64,000 bases of DNA from Candidatus Eiseniibacteriota bacterium (GCA_963792585.1 CAWBWI010000003.1:1216001-1280000); one strand, 5' to 3'. Shown: positions 1-10,060, counted from the stretch's first letter. Made by a program: numbers and translations. The notes: generated by a model from the letters alone, not told the origin.

Positions 1-307
1 GCTGATCGAGCGGATGGTCGCGCGGAGGGTGTGCTCGGGATGTGCGGCCGTGTACAACATCCATACGAACCCTCCGAAAGTGGAGGGGATCTGCGACAGG
101 TGCGGCAAGCCGCTCATCCTGCGCGCGGACGACACGGACGAGACGGTGAAGAAGAGGTTGGTTCTGTACGAGGTGGCGACGGGTCCCCTGATCGACTATT
201 ACGACGCTCAGAGGCTCCTCGTGATCGTGCAGGCGGAGGGTGGCATCGACGAAGTCGCGACGCGGATCGAGCAGGCGCTCGAACTGCGCGCGGGGAGCGG
301 CCGGTAA
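1..307 (+). CDS. adk: Adenylate kinase, C-terminal part (5' end outside window)
   Basis: Zn-lid RRVCSGC...CDRCG, LILRADD, LIDYY; directly upstream of map in spc-operon order; frame open to the window edge. Confidence 0.95.
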   Translation, partial: LIERMVARRVCSGCAAVYNIHTNPPKVEGICDRCGKPLILRADDTDETVKKRLVLYEVATGPLIDYYDAQRLLVIVQAEGGIDEVATRIEQALELRAGSGR

Positions 308-328
308 GGCCTGTAAGAGGGTAAGGCG

Positions 329-1096
329 CTGATCTACATCAAGAAGCCGGTCGAGATCGATCTGATCCGCCGATCCGCCGAGATCGTCGCGGAGGCGCTC
401 GACCTCGCCGGGGAGATGATCCGGCCCGGGATCGAGACGGTCGAGATCGACCGCGCGGTCGAGGCCCTGATCCGTGCGCGCGGCGCCACGCCTTCCTTCA
501 AGGGTTACTATGGATATCCGGCGAGCACCTGCATTTCGATCAACGAGCAGGTCGTTCACGGGATTCCCGGCAATCAGCAGCTCCGCGAGGGGGACATCGT
601 CGGCGTCGACATCGGCGCCTACCTGAACCACTTCCATGGGGACGGCGCGAGGACCTTCGCGGTCGGCGCGGCCTCGAAGGAAGCGGAGAAGCTCATGCGC
701 GTGACCCGGGAGTGCCTCGAGATGGGAATCGAACAGGCCAAGGCCGGGAATCGAGTGGGCGACATCGGTGCGGCCGTGCAGCGGCATGCGGAGAGCAACG
801 GCTACGGGGTGGTCCGTTCGCTCTGCGGCCATGGGATCGGCAACGCGCTCCATGAGGATCCGCAGGTGCCGAACTACGGCCAACCTGGCACGGGAGCGAA
901 GCTCCGGCCCGGGATGGTGATCGCGATCGAGCCGATGATCAACGAGGGGACGCACGAAGTCTACACGCTGGACGACGAGTGGACGGTGGTGACGAGCGAC
1001 CATAGTCTTTCGGCTCATTACGAGCACACGGTCGCGATCACAGAGGAAGGGCCGGTGGTGCTCACCGTCCGGCCTGACGACAGGGGTGTGCGATGA
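329..1096 (+). CDS. map: Methionine aminopeptidase type I
   Basis: [46 protein letters not shown]. The typical N-terminus ([15 protein letters not shown]) extends upstream of ATG 416 to CTG 329, after an in-frame TAA at 314-316. Confidence 0.95.
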   Translation: MIYIKKPVEIDLIRRSAEIVAEALDLAGEMIRPGIETVEIDRAVEALIRARGATPSFKGYYGYPASTCISINEQVVHGIPGNQQLREGDIVGVDIGAYLNHFHGDGARTFAVGAASKEAEKLMRVTRECLEMGIEQAKAGNRVGDIGAAVQRHAESNGYGVVRSLCGHGIGNALHEDPQVPNYGQPGTGAKLRPGMVIAIEPMINEGTHEVYTLDDEWTVVTSDHSLSAHYEHTVAITEEGPVVLTVRPDDRGVR

Positions 1097-1209
1097 AGGT
1101 CAGAACGTCCGTCAAGAAGATCTGCGAAAACTGCAAGATGATCCGGCGCGAAGGCGTTTTGCGCGTCATCTGCAAGAAGAACCCGCGGCACAAGCAGCGG
1201 CAGAAGTAG
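1093..1209 (+). CDS. rpmJ: 50S ribosomal protein L36 (Zn-binding form)
   Basis: Not in the ORF track. Hand translation gives [42 protein letters not shown] overlap with the map stop. Confidence 0.97.
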   Translation: MKVRTSVKKICENCKMIRREGVLRVICKKNPRHKQRQK

Positions 1210-1245
1210 GCACGGCCGCTCGGCCGGTAAAGAGGAGGAAGTCGG

Positions 1246-1641
1246 TTGGCGCGTATCGCAGGAGTTGATCTCCCGAACGAGAAGAGGATCGTGGTCTCGT
1301 TGACGTACATCTACGGGATCGGGCCCGCGACCGCTAAGAAGATCATCGCGACGACCGGTGTGGATCCGAGCAAGCGGACCAAGAATCTGACGGATGAAGA
1401 GACGGCCCGGCTTCGCACCGAGATCGAGTCGAACTACCGGATCGAGGGTGCCCTGCACACCGAGGTCGGGATGAACATCAAACGTCTGATGGATATCGGC
1501 TGCTACCGCGGCCTTCGCCATCGGCGCAGTCTTCCTGCCCGGGGTCAGAGGACCCGCACGAATGCCCGGACCCGCAAGGGACCCAAGAAGACGGCGGGCG
1601 CCGTTCGCAACAAGAAGGCGAAGCCGGGTAAGAAGGGTTAG
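1246..1641 (+). CDS. rpsM: 30S ribosomal protein S13
   Basis: [35 protein letters not shown] start after GAGGAGG. Confidence 0.98.
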   Translation: MARIAGVDLPNEKRIVVSLTYIYGIGPATAKKIIATTGVDPSKRTKNLTDEETARLRTEIESNYRIEGALHTEVGMNIKRLMDIGCYRGLRHRRSLPARGQRTRTNARTRKGPKKTAGAVRNKKAKPGKKG

Positions 1642-1672
1642 TCAAAGTCGACGACGACGGAGGTAGAGGATA

Positions 1673-2062
1673 GTGGCTCGGGAGAAAAAGGGACCGAAGC
1701 GTAGGGATCGTAAGGTGCCGCTCATGGGAGTGGTGCACGTTCATTCCAGCTTCAACAATACGATCATCTCGATCACCGACATGGACGGTGGAATCGTGAC
1801 CTGGGCAAGCGCCGGGAAGGTCGGCTTCAAGGGTTCGCGCAAGTCCACGCCGTTCGCGGCGCAGCTTGCGGCCGAGAACGCCGCCAAGGAAGCGATGAAT
1901 CTCGGGATGAGAAGAGTCGAGGTCTGGGTGAAGGGGCCCGGCGCCGGCCGTGAGGCGGCGATCCGCTCGCTCCAGGCCGCCGGAATGGAGATCGTTGCCA
2001 TCCGCGACGTCACGCCGATCCCGCACAACGGGTGCCGGCCGCCGAAGCGTCGTCGGGTCTAG
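1673..2062 (+). CDS. rpsK: 30S ribosomal protein S11
   Basis: [39 protein letters not shown]. Confidence 0.98.
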   Translation: MAREKKGPKRRDRKVPLMGVVHVHSSFNNTIISITDMDGGIVTWASAGKVGFKGSRKSTPFAAQLAAENAAKEAMNLGMRRVEVWVKGPGAGREAAIRSLQAAGMEIVAIRDVTPIPHNGCRPPKRRRV

Positions 2063-2095
2063 CAAAAGGCAGTACGGAGGAGGAAGCGAGTACCG

Positions 2096-2725
2096 ATGGC
2101 CAAGTATACGGGGCCGAAGTGCAGATTGTGCAGGCGCGAAGGGATCCGCCTGTATCTCAAGGGCGACCGCTGCTACACCGACAAGTGTGCAATCGAGCGC
2201 CGCGGTTACGTCCCTGGTGAGCACGGCAAGGACCGGCGCCAGAAGGAGACGCCGTACGGAGTGCAGCTTCGGGAGAAGCAGAAGGCCCGCAGGGTCTACG
2301 GCATCCTCGAGGCGCAATTCCGCGGCTATTTCCGGAAGGCCGAGCGGAAGAAGGGTGTGACGGGCGAAATCCTCCTTCAGCTCCTGGAGACGCGCCTGGA
2401 CAACATCATCTACCGGCTTGGCATCGCGACTTCGCGTCCGGCCGCGCGTCAGATCGTGCGGCACGGTCACATCGAGGTCAACGGCCGGAGCGTCGACATT
2501 CCCTCTTACCAGGTGAGGGTCGGCGATATCGTGCGAGTGCGCGAGAAGAGCCGCAAGATCGACGCGATCAAGGTCGCAATCGAGAATCGCCGGCGCACCG
2601 AAATGCAAGCTTGGCTGGATTTCGATGACAAGAAACTGGAAGGGCGCCTGAACCAGATTCCGTCGCGGGAGAGCATCCCGGTCCCAATTCAAGAGCAGCT
2701 GATCGTCGAGCTCTACTCGAAGTAA
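2096..2725 (+). CDS. rpsD: 30S ribosomal protein S4
   Basis: [43 protein letters not shown]. Confidence 0.98.
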   Translation: MAKYTGPKCRLCRREGIRLYLKGDRCYTDKCAIERRGYVPGEHGKDRRQKETPYGVQLREKQKARRVYGILEAQFRGYFRKAERKKGVTGEILLQLLETRLDNIIYRLGIATSRPAARQIVRHGHIEVNGRSVDIPSYQVRVGDIVRVREKSRKIDAIKVAIENRRRTEMQAWLDFDDKKLEGRLNQIPSRESIPVPIQEQLIVELYSK

Positions 2726-2772
2726 GCGGCCCTTCAGGGATAGGAAACCCGTAGACAGGAGGTATCAGTAGG

Positions 2773-3841
2773 ATGAAGTGGAAGGCCCTTCAGATGCCGG
2801 AGCGGGTCACCGCCGATGAGTCGGTTTCGACGGATCGGTATGGCCGTTTCGTCGTCGAGCCGCTCGAGCGGGGCTTCGGCCTCACTCTCGGCAATGCACT
2901 CCGTCGGGTCCTGCTGTCGTCGCTTCAGGGCGTCGCGGTCACCGCGCTGCGGATCATGGACGAGAAGGTCAGGCATGAATTCGCGACGATCCCGGGCGTG
3001 CTCGAGGACGTCACCGACATCGTCCTGAACCTGAAGCAGATTCGATTCAAGCACCTTGGCGATGGCCCCCGGCGCGGACTCTTCCGCGCGAAGGGGAAGA
3101 CCGAACTCAAGGCGGGAGATCTCGAGATCTCGACCGACATCAAGGTCCTGAACCCCGAGCTCCATATCGCCACCGTCAACCGCGAGGGCGATTTCCAGAT
3201 GGAGGTCGAGGTCACCTCGGGCAAAGGGTATCTCTCGGAAGAGCAGCACAATGCCGTGCTCGACCGCTTCGGCTGGATTCCGGTCGACTCGGTCTTCTCG
3301 CCGGTCACGAAGGTCAACTTCACCGTCGAGAACACGCGGATCGGGCAGCGGATCGACTTCGACAAGCTCGTCATCGACATCTGGACGGACGGTTCCATCA
3401 CCCCGAACGATGGGCTGTCGATGGGCGCGAAAGTGCTCCGGGACCACTTCAATCTCTTCATCCGCTTCGAAGAGAGCGTTCGAGGAAGAGGTCGAGGAGG
3501 TCGTGGACGAGGAATACAACCGGATCAAGGAACTGCTCGAGCGCAGCGTCGACGAGCTGGAGCTGTCGGTGCGCGCGAGCAACTGCCTGCGCGCCGCGCA
3601 GATCCGTACGATCGGCGAGCTGGTCATCAAGTCCGAGCAGGAGATGCTCCAGTACCGGAACTTCGGCAAGAAGTCGCTGAAGGAAATCCAGGATCTCATC
3701 CTGACGATGAACCTGCACTTCGGTATGGACGTCTCGCGGTATTTGGGGACGCCGAAGCCGCGTCCGATCGATGAAGACGAAGAAGACCTCGATGCCGACC
3801 CGGACCACGTGGACATGGAGGAAGAGGAGGCTGATCGCTAG
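2773..3841 (+). CDS. rpoA: RNA polymerase subunit alpha, with an apparent one-base insertion near 3470-3476
   Basis: NTD (EPLERGFGLTLGNALRRVLLSS) lies in ORF 2773..3774. The CTD (VDELELSVRASNCL, RNFGKKSLKEI) lies in the frame of ORF 3251..3841. The switch is at GAAGAGAGCGTTC. Confidence 0.96.
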
Positions 3842-3885
3842 CCCTGGGGTGTCGAGTCCCTCCGGGTTGAAGTGAGGATTGAATT

Positions 3886-4482
3886 ATGCGACATCATCAT
3901 GACAAGAGGCAGCTGTCCCGCACGGCGGAACATCGCCGCGCACTGCTGCGGGCGCTCGTCACCTCTCTCTTCGAACACGAGCGGATCGAAACGACCGTTG
4001 CGAAGGCCAAGGAAGCTCGGCGCGTGGCGGAGCGGATGATCACGCACGCGAAGAAGAACAGCATCCATTCGCGCCGGCTCGTGGCGCGCGTCGTCCAGAA
4101 CGAGGACGTGGCGAAGAAGTTGTTCGACACGATCGCCCCGTGGTACGCGACGCGTGAAGGCGGATACACGCGGGTCCTGAAGACGCGCCGCCGTCTCGGG
4201 GATGCGGGCGAGATGGCATTGCTCGAGTTGGTGAAGACCGATCAGCAGAAGGAAGCCGACCGCAAGATCCGCGCCGAGAAGGCCGCAGCGGCCGCCGCCG
4301 CGGCGAGCGAGAAGAAGGGCAAGGGTAAGGCGGAGGAGCCCGAGGAGAAGAAGCCCAAGGCCGAGAAGAAGAGCGCCAGCGACCCGAACGTGGCGCGACC
4401 CGAGAAGGGGAAGAAGGGCGGAATCCTCGGACGGTTGAAGAAGAAGAGTGACGCCGAGAAGTCCGGCGATACAGAGAAGTAA
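3886..4482 (+). CDS. rplQ: 50S ribosomal protein L17 with Lys/Glu/Ala-rich C-terminal extension
   Basis: MRH..., ERIETTVAKAKE, REGGYTRVLK, RLGDA; follows rpoA. Confidence 0.97.
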   Translation: MRHHHDKRQLSRTAEHRRALLRALVTSLFEHERIETTVAKAKEARRVAERMITHAKKNSIHSRRLVARVVQNEDVAKKLFDTIAPWYATREGGYTRVLKTRRRLGDAGEMALLELVKTDQQKEADRKIRAEKAAAAAAAASEKKGKGKAEEPEEKKPKAEKKSASDPNVARPEKGKKGGILGRLKKKSDAEKSGDTEK

Positions 4483-4531
4483 GAAGCGCGCCCGCTATGA
4501 TGCGGGCAGATTGTCCCAAACCCGGCTGGCC

Positions 4532-5815
4532 ATGAAACGTATCCTTGCCTGTAACTGGCGAGGTTGGCCGGCTGGGTTTCGGGCGTTTTTTGTGGTGGCC
4601 GCCGTCCTGATCGGAATCGGCGGAGGAGCCGCGTCCGGGGGGGGCTCCAAGGGAACCGCTCCGGCCGCTGGATTCGCTTCGGCCGCGGCAATCGCCCCTT
4701 CTGCGGGGATCCCCGAGCGGTCAGCGACGTCGCTCCGGCCGTCGGGCGGCGAACGGCGCGTCTACCTCTGGGTCGTCCGGGGGGCCCTCGAGGACAGCGT
4801 GCGATTCGGTGTGATCGCCGATTCCGCGAGCGCCGTCGGCTGCACCGATCTGATCGTTCAGGTCCGCGGGCGCGGCGACGCCTGGTACCGATCTGCGACC
4901 GAGCCGGCGCCGATCGCCCTCGAAGCGCCCCCGTCCCGCGGGAGGCTGCTCGGTGCGCGTCCGTCGGAGGACTGCCTTCGTTTCGACGCGTTCGCCGCGG
5001 CGCTGCGGGCCGCCCACGCGCGCGGGCTTCGCGTGCACGCCTGGATGAACGTCTTCCTCGTCGCGGGTCGCCTGAAGCCTGGCCCCGCGCACGTCCTCCA
5101 GCGTGAACCGGGTTGGCAGATCGCGCTCAAGGACGGGCGCACGATCAGCCGTGTGCGTGAATCGGAGTGGAAACGGATCGGCGTCGAAGGAGTCTACTTG
5201 AGCCCCGGGAATCGGGCCGTCCGTCCGTATCTCGAATCCCTCGTCACGGAACTCGTCACGCGGTACACGATCGATGGCCTCCACTTCGACTACATACGCT
5301 ATCCCCACGCGGATGCCGGATATGATCCGGCGAGCCTCGCTTCGTTTCACGACGCCTATCCCGGGGCGCCCGCCAAAGGGGATCTCTGGAACGACTGGCG
5401 GCAGGAGCAGGTATCGCGGACGGTGGAGGCGATGTCACGCGCGGCCCGCGCCGTGCGGCCGGGGATCGATGTCTCCGCGGCGGTCCTGCCGGATCCGCTC
5501 GATGCGCGTCGTAGTTGCCAGCAAGATTGGCCGCGCTGGCTCCGAGAGGGATGGATCGACCGCGCGATCACGATGTCCTACACGGCCTCGGCCGACCGCT
5601 TCGGCTTCTGGCTGCGCGTAGGGCTTGGGGAAGTCGGCGATCCGCTGTGCATCGTTCCCGGGATCGGACTCCACAGGATCAATGAGAGCGTGCTCGCTTC
5701 GATGCTCGAGCGGGTCGGATCCGAACCGAGGCGATCGGTGGCGCTCTACTCCGATACCGAGTTCATGGAACTGGGAGGCTTGCGGCGCGGCCTGCGGGCG
5801 TGGGGGAGTAAGTGA
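4532..5815 (+). CDS. Glycoside hydrolase-like family 10 (GHL10/DUF187) protein, probably exported
   Basis: VQVRGRGDAWY, AHARGLRVHAWMN, IDGLHFDYIRYP, QDWPRWL; hydrophobic N-terminal stretch. Start uncertain (4448-4532). Confidence 0.8.
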   Translation: MKRILACNWRGWPAGFRAFFVVAAVLIGIGGGAASGGGSKGTAPAAGFASAAAIAPSAGIPERSATSLRPSGGERRVYLWVVRGALEDSVRFGVIADSASAVGCTDLIVQVRGRGDAWYRSATEPAPIALEAPPSRGRLLGARPSEDCLRFDAFAAALRAAHARGLRVHAWMNVFLVAGRLKPGPAHVLQREPGWQIALKDGRTISRVRESEWKRIGVEGVYLSPGNRAVRPYLESLVTELVTRYTIDGLHFDYIRYPHADAGYDPASLASFHDAYPGAPAKGDLWNDWRQEQVSRTVEAMSRAARAVRPGIDVSAAVLPDPLDARRSCQQDWPRWLREGWIDRAITMSYTASADRFGFWLRVGLGEVGDPLCIVPGIGLHRINESVLASMLERVGSEPRRSVALYSDTEFMELGGLRRGLRAWGSK

Positions 5816-6576
5816 TGTTCGAGAACGAGGACCACCTGGCGCCGCTCACCAACGAGTTGCTCCGCCTGGCATATCGAGGTCTCGACCTGCCCGATGCGCC
5901 GCGCGTGGCGGATCTGTGTTGCGGGACGGGGTCGGCCAGCCGATTCTTCGCCGCCGAGTTTGGGGCCGTCTGCACCGGCGTCGACCAGAGCGAGCCGCTC
6001 CTGCGGATCGCCCGCGAGCGGGCGCTGGGCGGTGGCCTGCAAGGGCAGGTCGAATTCGTCCAGGCCGACGCGCGCCACGTGCAGCTTCAAAGCCACGGCT
6101 TCGATCTGGTCCTTGCGATGGGCGGGGCGCTCACGTACTTGGGCCGGTCCGAGGGGCTCGAGCGAATCCGTCTGCTCCTGAAACCCGGAGGAGCGTTACT
6201 CCTCTCCGACTTGATCTACCTCGATTCCCCCGTACCCGAGATCGTCGCGAAGGTGATCGAGGAGGAAGCCCCCGGCAACGAAGTCCGCGCGCTGCCGCTC
6301 GAGCCGGCGGTCCGCGCGGTGTTCGAGGAAGGCATCTTCCGCTTCGAGAATGAGACGAGCTACCGGGCGTTACTGGATCACCAGGGCTACGACGTGCAAT
6401 TTACCTTTCCCGTACCCGAAAGCGCGTGGAACGCGTACTACGCCCGCGCCGCCGCCTCTCGAGATCCGGCTGCAGGACTGCGCATCCCGGTCGGGGCCGA
6501 TGAACTCGCCGCAATCTACTGCTGGGGAGGACGCTGGGGGTTGGGGTACCTCGTCTGCGGGGCGAAGACGCGTTAG
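5812..6576 (+). CDS. Class I SAM-dependent methyltransferase
   Basis: Motif I VADLCCGTG, TGVD, QADA, LKPGG; 4-bp overlap with the upstream gene. Confidence 0.85.
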   Translation: MMFENEDHLAPLTNELLRLAYRGLDLPDAPRVADLCCGTGSASRFFAAEFGAVCTGVDQSEPLLRIARERALGGGLQGQVEFVQADARHVQLQSHGFDLVLAMGGALTYLGRSEGLERIRLLLKPGGALLLSDLIYLDSPVPEIVAKVIEEEAPGNEVRALPLEPAVRAVFEEGIFRFENETSYRALLDHQGYDVQFTFPVPESAWNAYYARAAASRDPAAGLRIPVGADELAAIYCWGGRWGLGYLVCGAKTR

Positions 6577-7091
6577 CAGGGCGCGTCGGAGTCTCCGTCC
6601 GCGGCGGCCACGCGTTTGCCGTCCCCGGACCGCAGGGGGGCGCGCACGGCCGCGAGAACGCGGATCAACTCCTCCAGTCCCTCCGTCTGCACTCCCCGCA
6701 TCAGGTGGACGACCAGGCGATCGATCTCTCCATTCATCTTGGTCAACAGTTCGAGTCCCGCTTCGGTGACGAAGCCTCGCACGACGCGCCGATCGTGCGT
6801 GCAGCGTTCCCGGCGGATCCAGCCGTTGGTTTCGAGGCGATCCGTGAGACGCGTGACGTTCGGATAGCGCACGATCATCCTGCGGGCGATCGTCATGAGC
6901 GGCAATCCCTGCTCGCGGGCGCCGCGGAGAATACGCAGAACGTTGTATTGCGCGAGCGAGAGTTCGTAACGCCGGAGCATCTTGTGCAGGTGGCGGTGGA
7001 GGAGGTCCTGGGTCACGAAGACCGAGAGCAATGCCTCCTCCTGCACGGAGGAGAAGGGACGACGTTGATGGAGTTCGTCGGCAAGCGACAT
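6573..7091 (-). CDS. MarR family transcriptional regulator
   Basis: LSLAQYNVLRILRGA, PNVTRLTDRLE..GWI.R, DRR. Confidence 0.9.
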   Translation of the reverse strand: MSLADELHQRRPFSSVQEEALLSVFVTQDLLHRHLHKMLRRYELSLAQYNVLRILRGAREQGLPLMTIARRMIVRYPNVTRLTDRLETNGWIRRERCTHDRRVVRGFVTEAGLELLTKMNGEIDRLVVHLMRGVQTEGLEELIRVLAAVRAPLRSGDGKRVAAADGDSDAPC

Positions 7092-7262
7092 CGCGAGAAC
7101 GGCCTCCCAGCTCGGTTCAGTGTTGGGACCGTGGGTCCAAGGGGCACCTCCGAGGGTAGGGGAACCGGCGGGCGAAGGTCAAATGGCGGGGCGCGCGAAG
7201 CGCGTCGGCGGTTGGCAGATCTATCGTGAATCCCTATACTGCCCCGTTACCCGGAGGGAGCG

Positions 7263-8234
7263 ATGATGCTGCAGGACTCCTACGGCCGCACGATAGACCA
7301 CATGCGCATCTCCGTCACCGATCGATGTGGATTGCGGTGCCGTTACTGCATGCCCGACGGTGAGCCGGAACACGCCATTCGTGAAGAGATTCTCACATTC
7401 GAGGAGATTGCGACCGTCGTCCAGAGGCTCCACGACCGTTTCGGATTGAAGCGCGTGCGGTTGACGGGAGGGGAGCCGCTCGTCCGGGCGCACCTCCATG
7501 TGCTGGTCGGCCTGCTGCACCAGATCGGGCTCGAGGAGATCTCCCTGACCACGAACGGGCAGCAGCTCGCCCGCTCGATCGATGCCCTCGTCGCCGCCGG
7601 GCTTCATAGACTCAACATCAGTCTCGACAGTCTCGATCCGGATCGATACCGGCAGATCACCGGCGGCGATCTAGCGCCCACGTTGGAGGGAATCGAGGCG
7701 GCCGATCGTTCGGGTCTGCGACCTCTCAAGATCAACAGCGTGATCATCCGGGGCAACGAGTGCGACATCGAAGACCTGACGGTCTGGTCGATGCGGCGCG
7801 GCTACGAGATCCGATTCCTGGAGCTGATGTCGATCGGCTGCGTGCAGAACTACTACGACGTGATGTTCGTACCGACCTCGGAGGTGCGAGAGCGACTCGC
7901 GCGTCGGTTCAAGCTCGAGCCGCTCGAGGGCGAGCCCGGCGCGCCTGCCCGCACCTGGCGCGCGAGCGGAGAAGGGCTCGAAGGTACGATCGGCTTCATC
8001 TCCCCCGAGACCGAGCCCTTCTGCACCTCCTGCCGCCGGCTGCGCATGACGGCGAAGGGGACCCTCCTGGGCTGCATCATGCACAGCGACGGTCCGGACC
8101 TTCGCGCCGCCCTGCGCGCGGAAGGCGGTCTCGACGAGGTTGCCTTCGATGCCGCGGTTCTCACCGCCGTCGGCAGCAAGCCGATCGTGAGGATTCTCAA
8201 GAGCGGCGGTCACATGATGGCCATCGGAGGCTGA
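7263..8234 (+). CDS. moaA: GTP 3',8-cyclase (radical SAM, molybdenum cofactor biosynthesis)
   Basis: D.YGR, RISVTDRCGLRCRYCMP, RLTGGEP, TTNG, NISLDSL, FCTSCRRLR, C-terminal IGG. Confidence 0.92.
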   Translation: MMLQDSYGRTIDHMRISVTDRCGLRCRYCMPDGEPEHAIREEILTFEEIATVVQRLHDRFGLKRVRLTGGEPLVRAHLHVLVGLLHQIGLEEISLTTNGQQLARSIDALVAAGLHRLNISLDSLDPDRYRQITGGDLAPTLEGIEAADRSGLRPLKINSVIIRGNECDIEDLTVWSMRRGYEIRFLELMSIGCVQNYYDVMFVPTSEVRERLARRFKLEPLEGEPGAPARTWRASGEGLEGTIGFISPETEPFCTSCRRLRMTAKGTLLGCIMHSDGPDLRAALRAEGGLDEVAFDAAVLTAVGSKPIVRILKSGGHMMAIGG

Positions 8235-8473
8235 AGCGGGAGGAGGGGGACCGCTCTTCGCCGGCGGCGATCCCCCCATGCGGGCGCTTGGCATCTGCAG
8301 CGTGGAGAGGCGAGGCAATCTCGGTGCGGCGGGTTCCCATCGCGACCCCGTGACTCCCGGACCGGCCCGAAACTCCGACCGATCCACCCGCCGCCACCGC
8401 GATTTCTCACCCTCCCATAGAGCAATCAGCGTGCCGACCAAGGTCATTTTTGTGTATCCTGTAACTGAATGTG

Positions 8474-8486
8474 AATCAATAAGTTA
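8474..8486 (+). promoter_or_regulatory. IHF-consensus site inside an AT-rich patch
   Basis: AATCAATAAGTTA matches WATCAAnnnnTTR exactly. Confidence 0.5.
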
Positions 8487-8605
8487 GAATCCACGCTAAG
8501 ACAAATTGCAAACGGTCCTCCACAAGTGTGATCCCTCGGGTGTCGGCGCGCTGGATCCGGCGGTTCCATCTTGGCGGACTGCCCTCGCCGCGCTACGTTA
8601 CGCAC

Positions 8606-9532
8606 GTGACGCAGGACGATCTTCAGCTCCTGGTTGTGCGGACGACGGCGGTGGCCTCCGAGGCCCTGGAAGTGCTTCTCGAGGAGCGAGGCGCGCTCGG
8701 GTCGGCCGTCGAGAGGCGGCGTGGAGCCCGCCTCGTGCGGCTCCAGGCCTACTTCCCGCCGGAAGTCGAACCTCCGGTCGATTGGGTGCGCGACAAACTT
8801 GCCGAGATGCACGCCTACGGCGTCCCCGTGGGGCCCGCCGAGGTCCGGGTCATGCCCCTGCGCACCGAGGACTGGGCCGAGTCCTGGAAGCGTCATTTCC
8901 ACGCCTTCCGCGCCACGGGCCGGCTCTGGGTCGTGCCGACCTGGGAAACGGTCCCGGACGAAGCCCGGGAGGTCATCCGGATGGATCCTGGGATGGCCTT
9001 CGGGCAAGGAGATCACCCGACCACGCGTGGATGTCTCGAGATGATCGAGCGGATCGCCGTCGAGTCGCCGGCTCCGGGAGCCGGCGAGTTTGCGACGGCG
9101 GATGTGGGGAGCGGGACGGGGATCCTCGCGATTCGGGCGGTGCAACTCGGCCTGGGGCCCGTAGAGGCCTTCGACACGGAAGCCGAGGCCGTGCGCGCGG
9201 CTCAGGAGAACGCGGCGACCAATGAGGTGGAGGCAGGTCTCGTCTTGCGCCAAGGGACCATGCCACCTCGGGGGAGCGGACCGTACGAACGGATCCTGGC
9301 GAACATATTCTTTGGTCCCCTGACGGCGCTGATTCCGCGATTCGCACGGGCACTGAGCCCTGGAGGAGAGCTGGTCCTGGCGGGCATCTTGGTGGAGCAG
9401 GAGGAGCGTCTCACCGGGACTGCGCGGGAGCGCGGCTTTGCGGTCATCGATCGAATCTGCGAGCGCGGTCAGCCCGGGGCGCGTCGTTGGCCGGTTCTGC
9501 GGCTGCGAAAAGAAGGGGAGCGACGGGGTTGA
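8606..9532 (+). CDS. prmA: Ribosomal protein L11 methyltransferase
   Basis: EDWAESWKRHF, MDPGMAFGQGDHPTT, DVGSGTGILAI, ILANI, LAGIL. Start uncertain (8528 or GTG 8606). Confidence 0.9.
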   Translation: MTQDDLQLLVVRTTAVASEALEVLLEERGALGSAVERRRGARLVRLQAYFPPEVEPPVDWVRDKLAEMHAYGVPVGPAEVRVMPLRTEDWAESWKRHFHAFRATGRLWVVPTWETVPDEAREVIRMDPGMAFGQGDHPTTRGCLEMIERIAVESPAPGAGEFATADVGSGTGILAIRAVQLGLGPVEAFDTEAEAVRAAQENAATNEVEAGLVLRQGTMPPRGSGPYERILANIFFGPLTALIPRFARALSPGGELVLAGILVEQEERLTGTARERGFAVIDRICERGQPGARRWPVLRLRKEGERRG

Positions 9533-9558
9533 CCCCGGCCGCCATCCTCGGGTAATTT
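9529..9558 (+). promoter_or_regulatory. Putative sigma-70 promoter of tRNA-Asn
   Basis: TTGACC-N18-TAATTT about 65 nt upstream of the tRNA. Confidence 0.45.
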
Positions 9559-9622
9559 CAGCATTCGAGCGGTCGATCGCGGCAAACGTTTGCCGGTCGC
9601 GTTTCGAATCGCCACGGTTCAT

Positions 9623-9697
9623 TCCTCGGTAGCTCAATGGTAGAGCAACCGGCTGTTAACCGGTTTGTTGTAGGTTCGAGTCCTACTCGGGGAGCCA
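9623..9697 (+). tRNA. tRNA-Asn (GTT)
   Basis: Cloverleaf: acceptor TCCTCGG/TCGGGGA, D arm GCTC-AATGGTA-GAGC, anticodon arm ACCGG-CTGTTAA-CCGGT, T arm GTAGG-TTCGAGT-CCTAC, encoded CCA. Confidence 0.98.
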
Positions 9698-9702
9698 CTC
9701 CA

Positions 9703-9737
9703 GGAGCCCCTGCATCTCGTCCAGGTGCAGGGGCTTC
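9703..9737 (+). terminator. GC-rich hairpin downstream of tRNA-Asn
   Basis: GGAGCCCCTGCATCT-cgtcc-AGGTGCAGGGGCTTC forms a 15-bp stem; weak U tail. Confidence 0.65.
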
Positions 9738-9843
9738 CTCGTTCGAGCGACTGTGACGCCGGAGATGTTGCCGGACCTCACGTCTGTGGAATGCGGCCGT
9801 AAGCTTCAAGATCGCTTCACGTTCGAGTCTTCGGTACCCACCG

Positions 9844-9947
9844 GCGGCCGACGCCCTGCGCGCAACCTGGATGCTGCTGATTACAAACGCGTTGTGCTGG
9901 AGCTGATCCTCAAGTACGTCTCCGTTGCGTTCGAGGAGCAGCACGCC
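9844..9947 (+). pseudogene. hsdM: Fragment of a type I restriction-modification methyltransferase (HsdM) N-terminus
   Basis: AADALR / frameshift / NLDAADYKRVVLELILKYVSVAFEEQHA resembles the HsdM_N pattern AAD.[28 protein letters not shown].H. The rest of the gene is absent. Confidence 0.75.
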
Positions 9948-10060
9948 CTCCGGCCCGCGATCGGTTGTTTCCCGAGATTCGCGTGAGGGACTCGCACCCC
10001 GAACGGCGCGTGATATGGCGAAGGCGGGCTTCAGTCGTCCCGGTCCACTAGGAGGCAGGT

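Noticed and set aside
3460..3485. Programmed ribosomal frameshift in rpoA
   Set aside because: No canonical X XXY YYZ slippery site, and similar indels occur in unrelated genes.
8440..8530. Definite oriC or dif site
   Set aside because: No perfect DnaA boxes, no dnaA/dnaN nearby, and no XerCD consensus.
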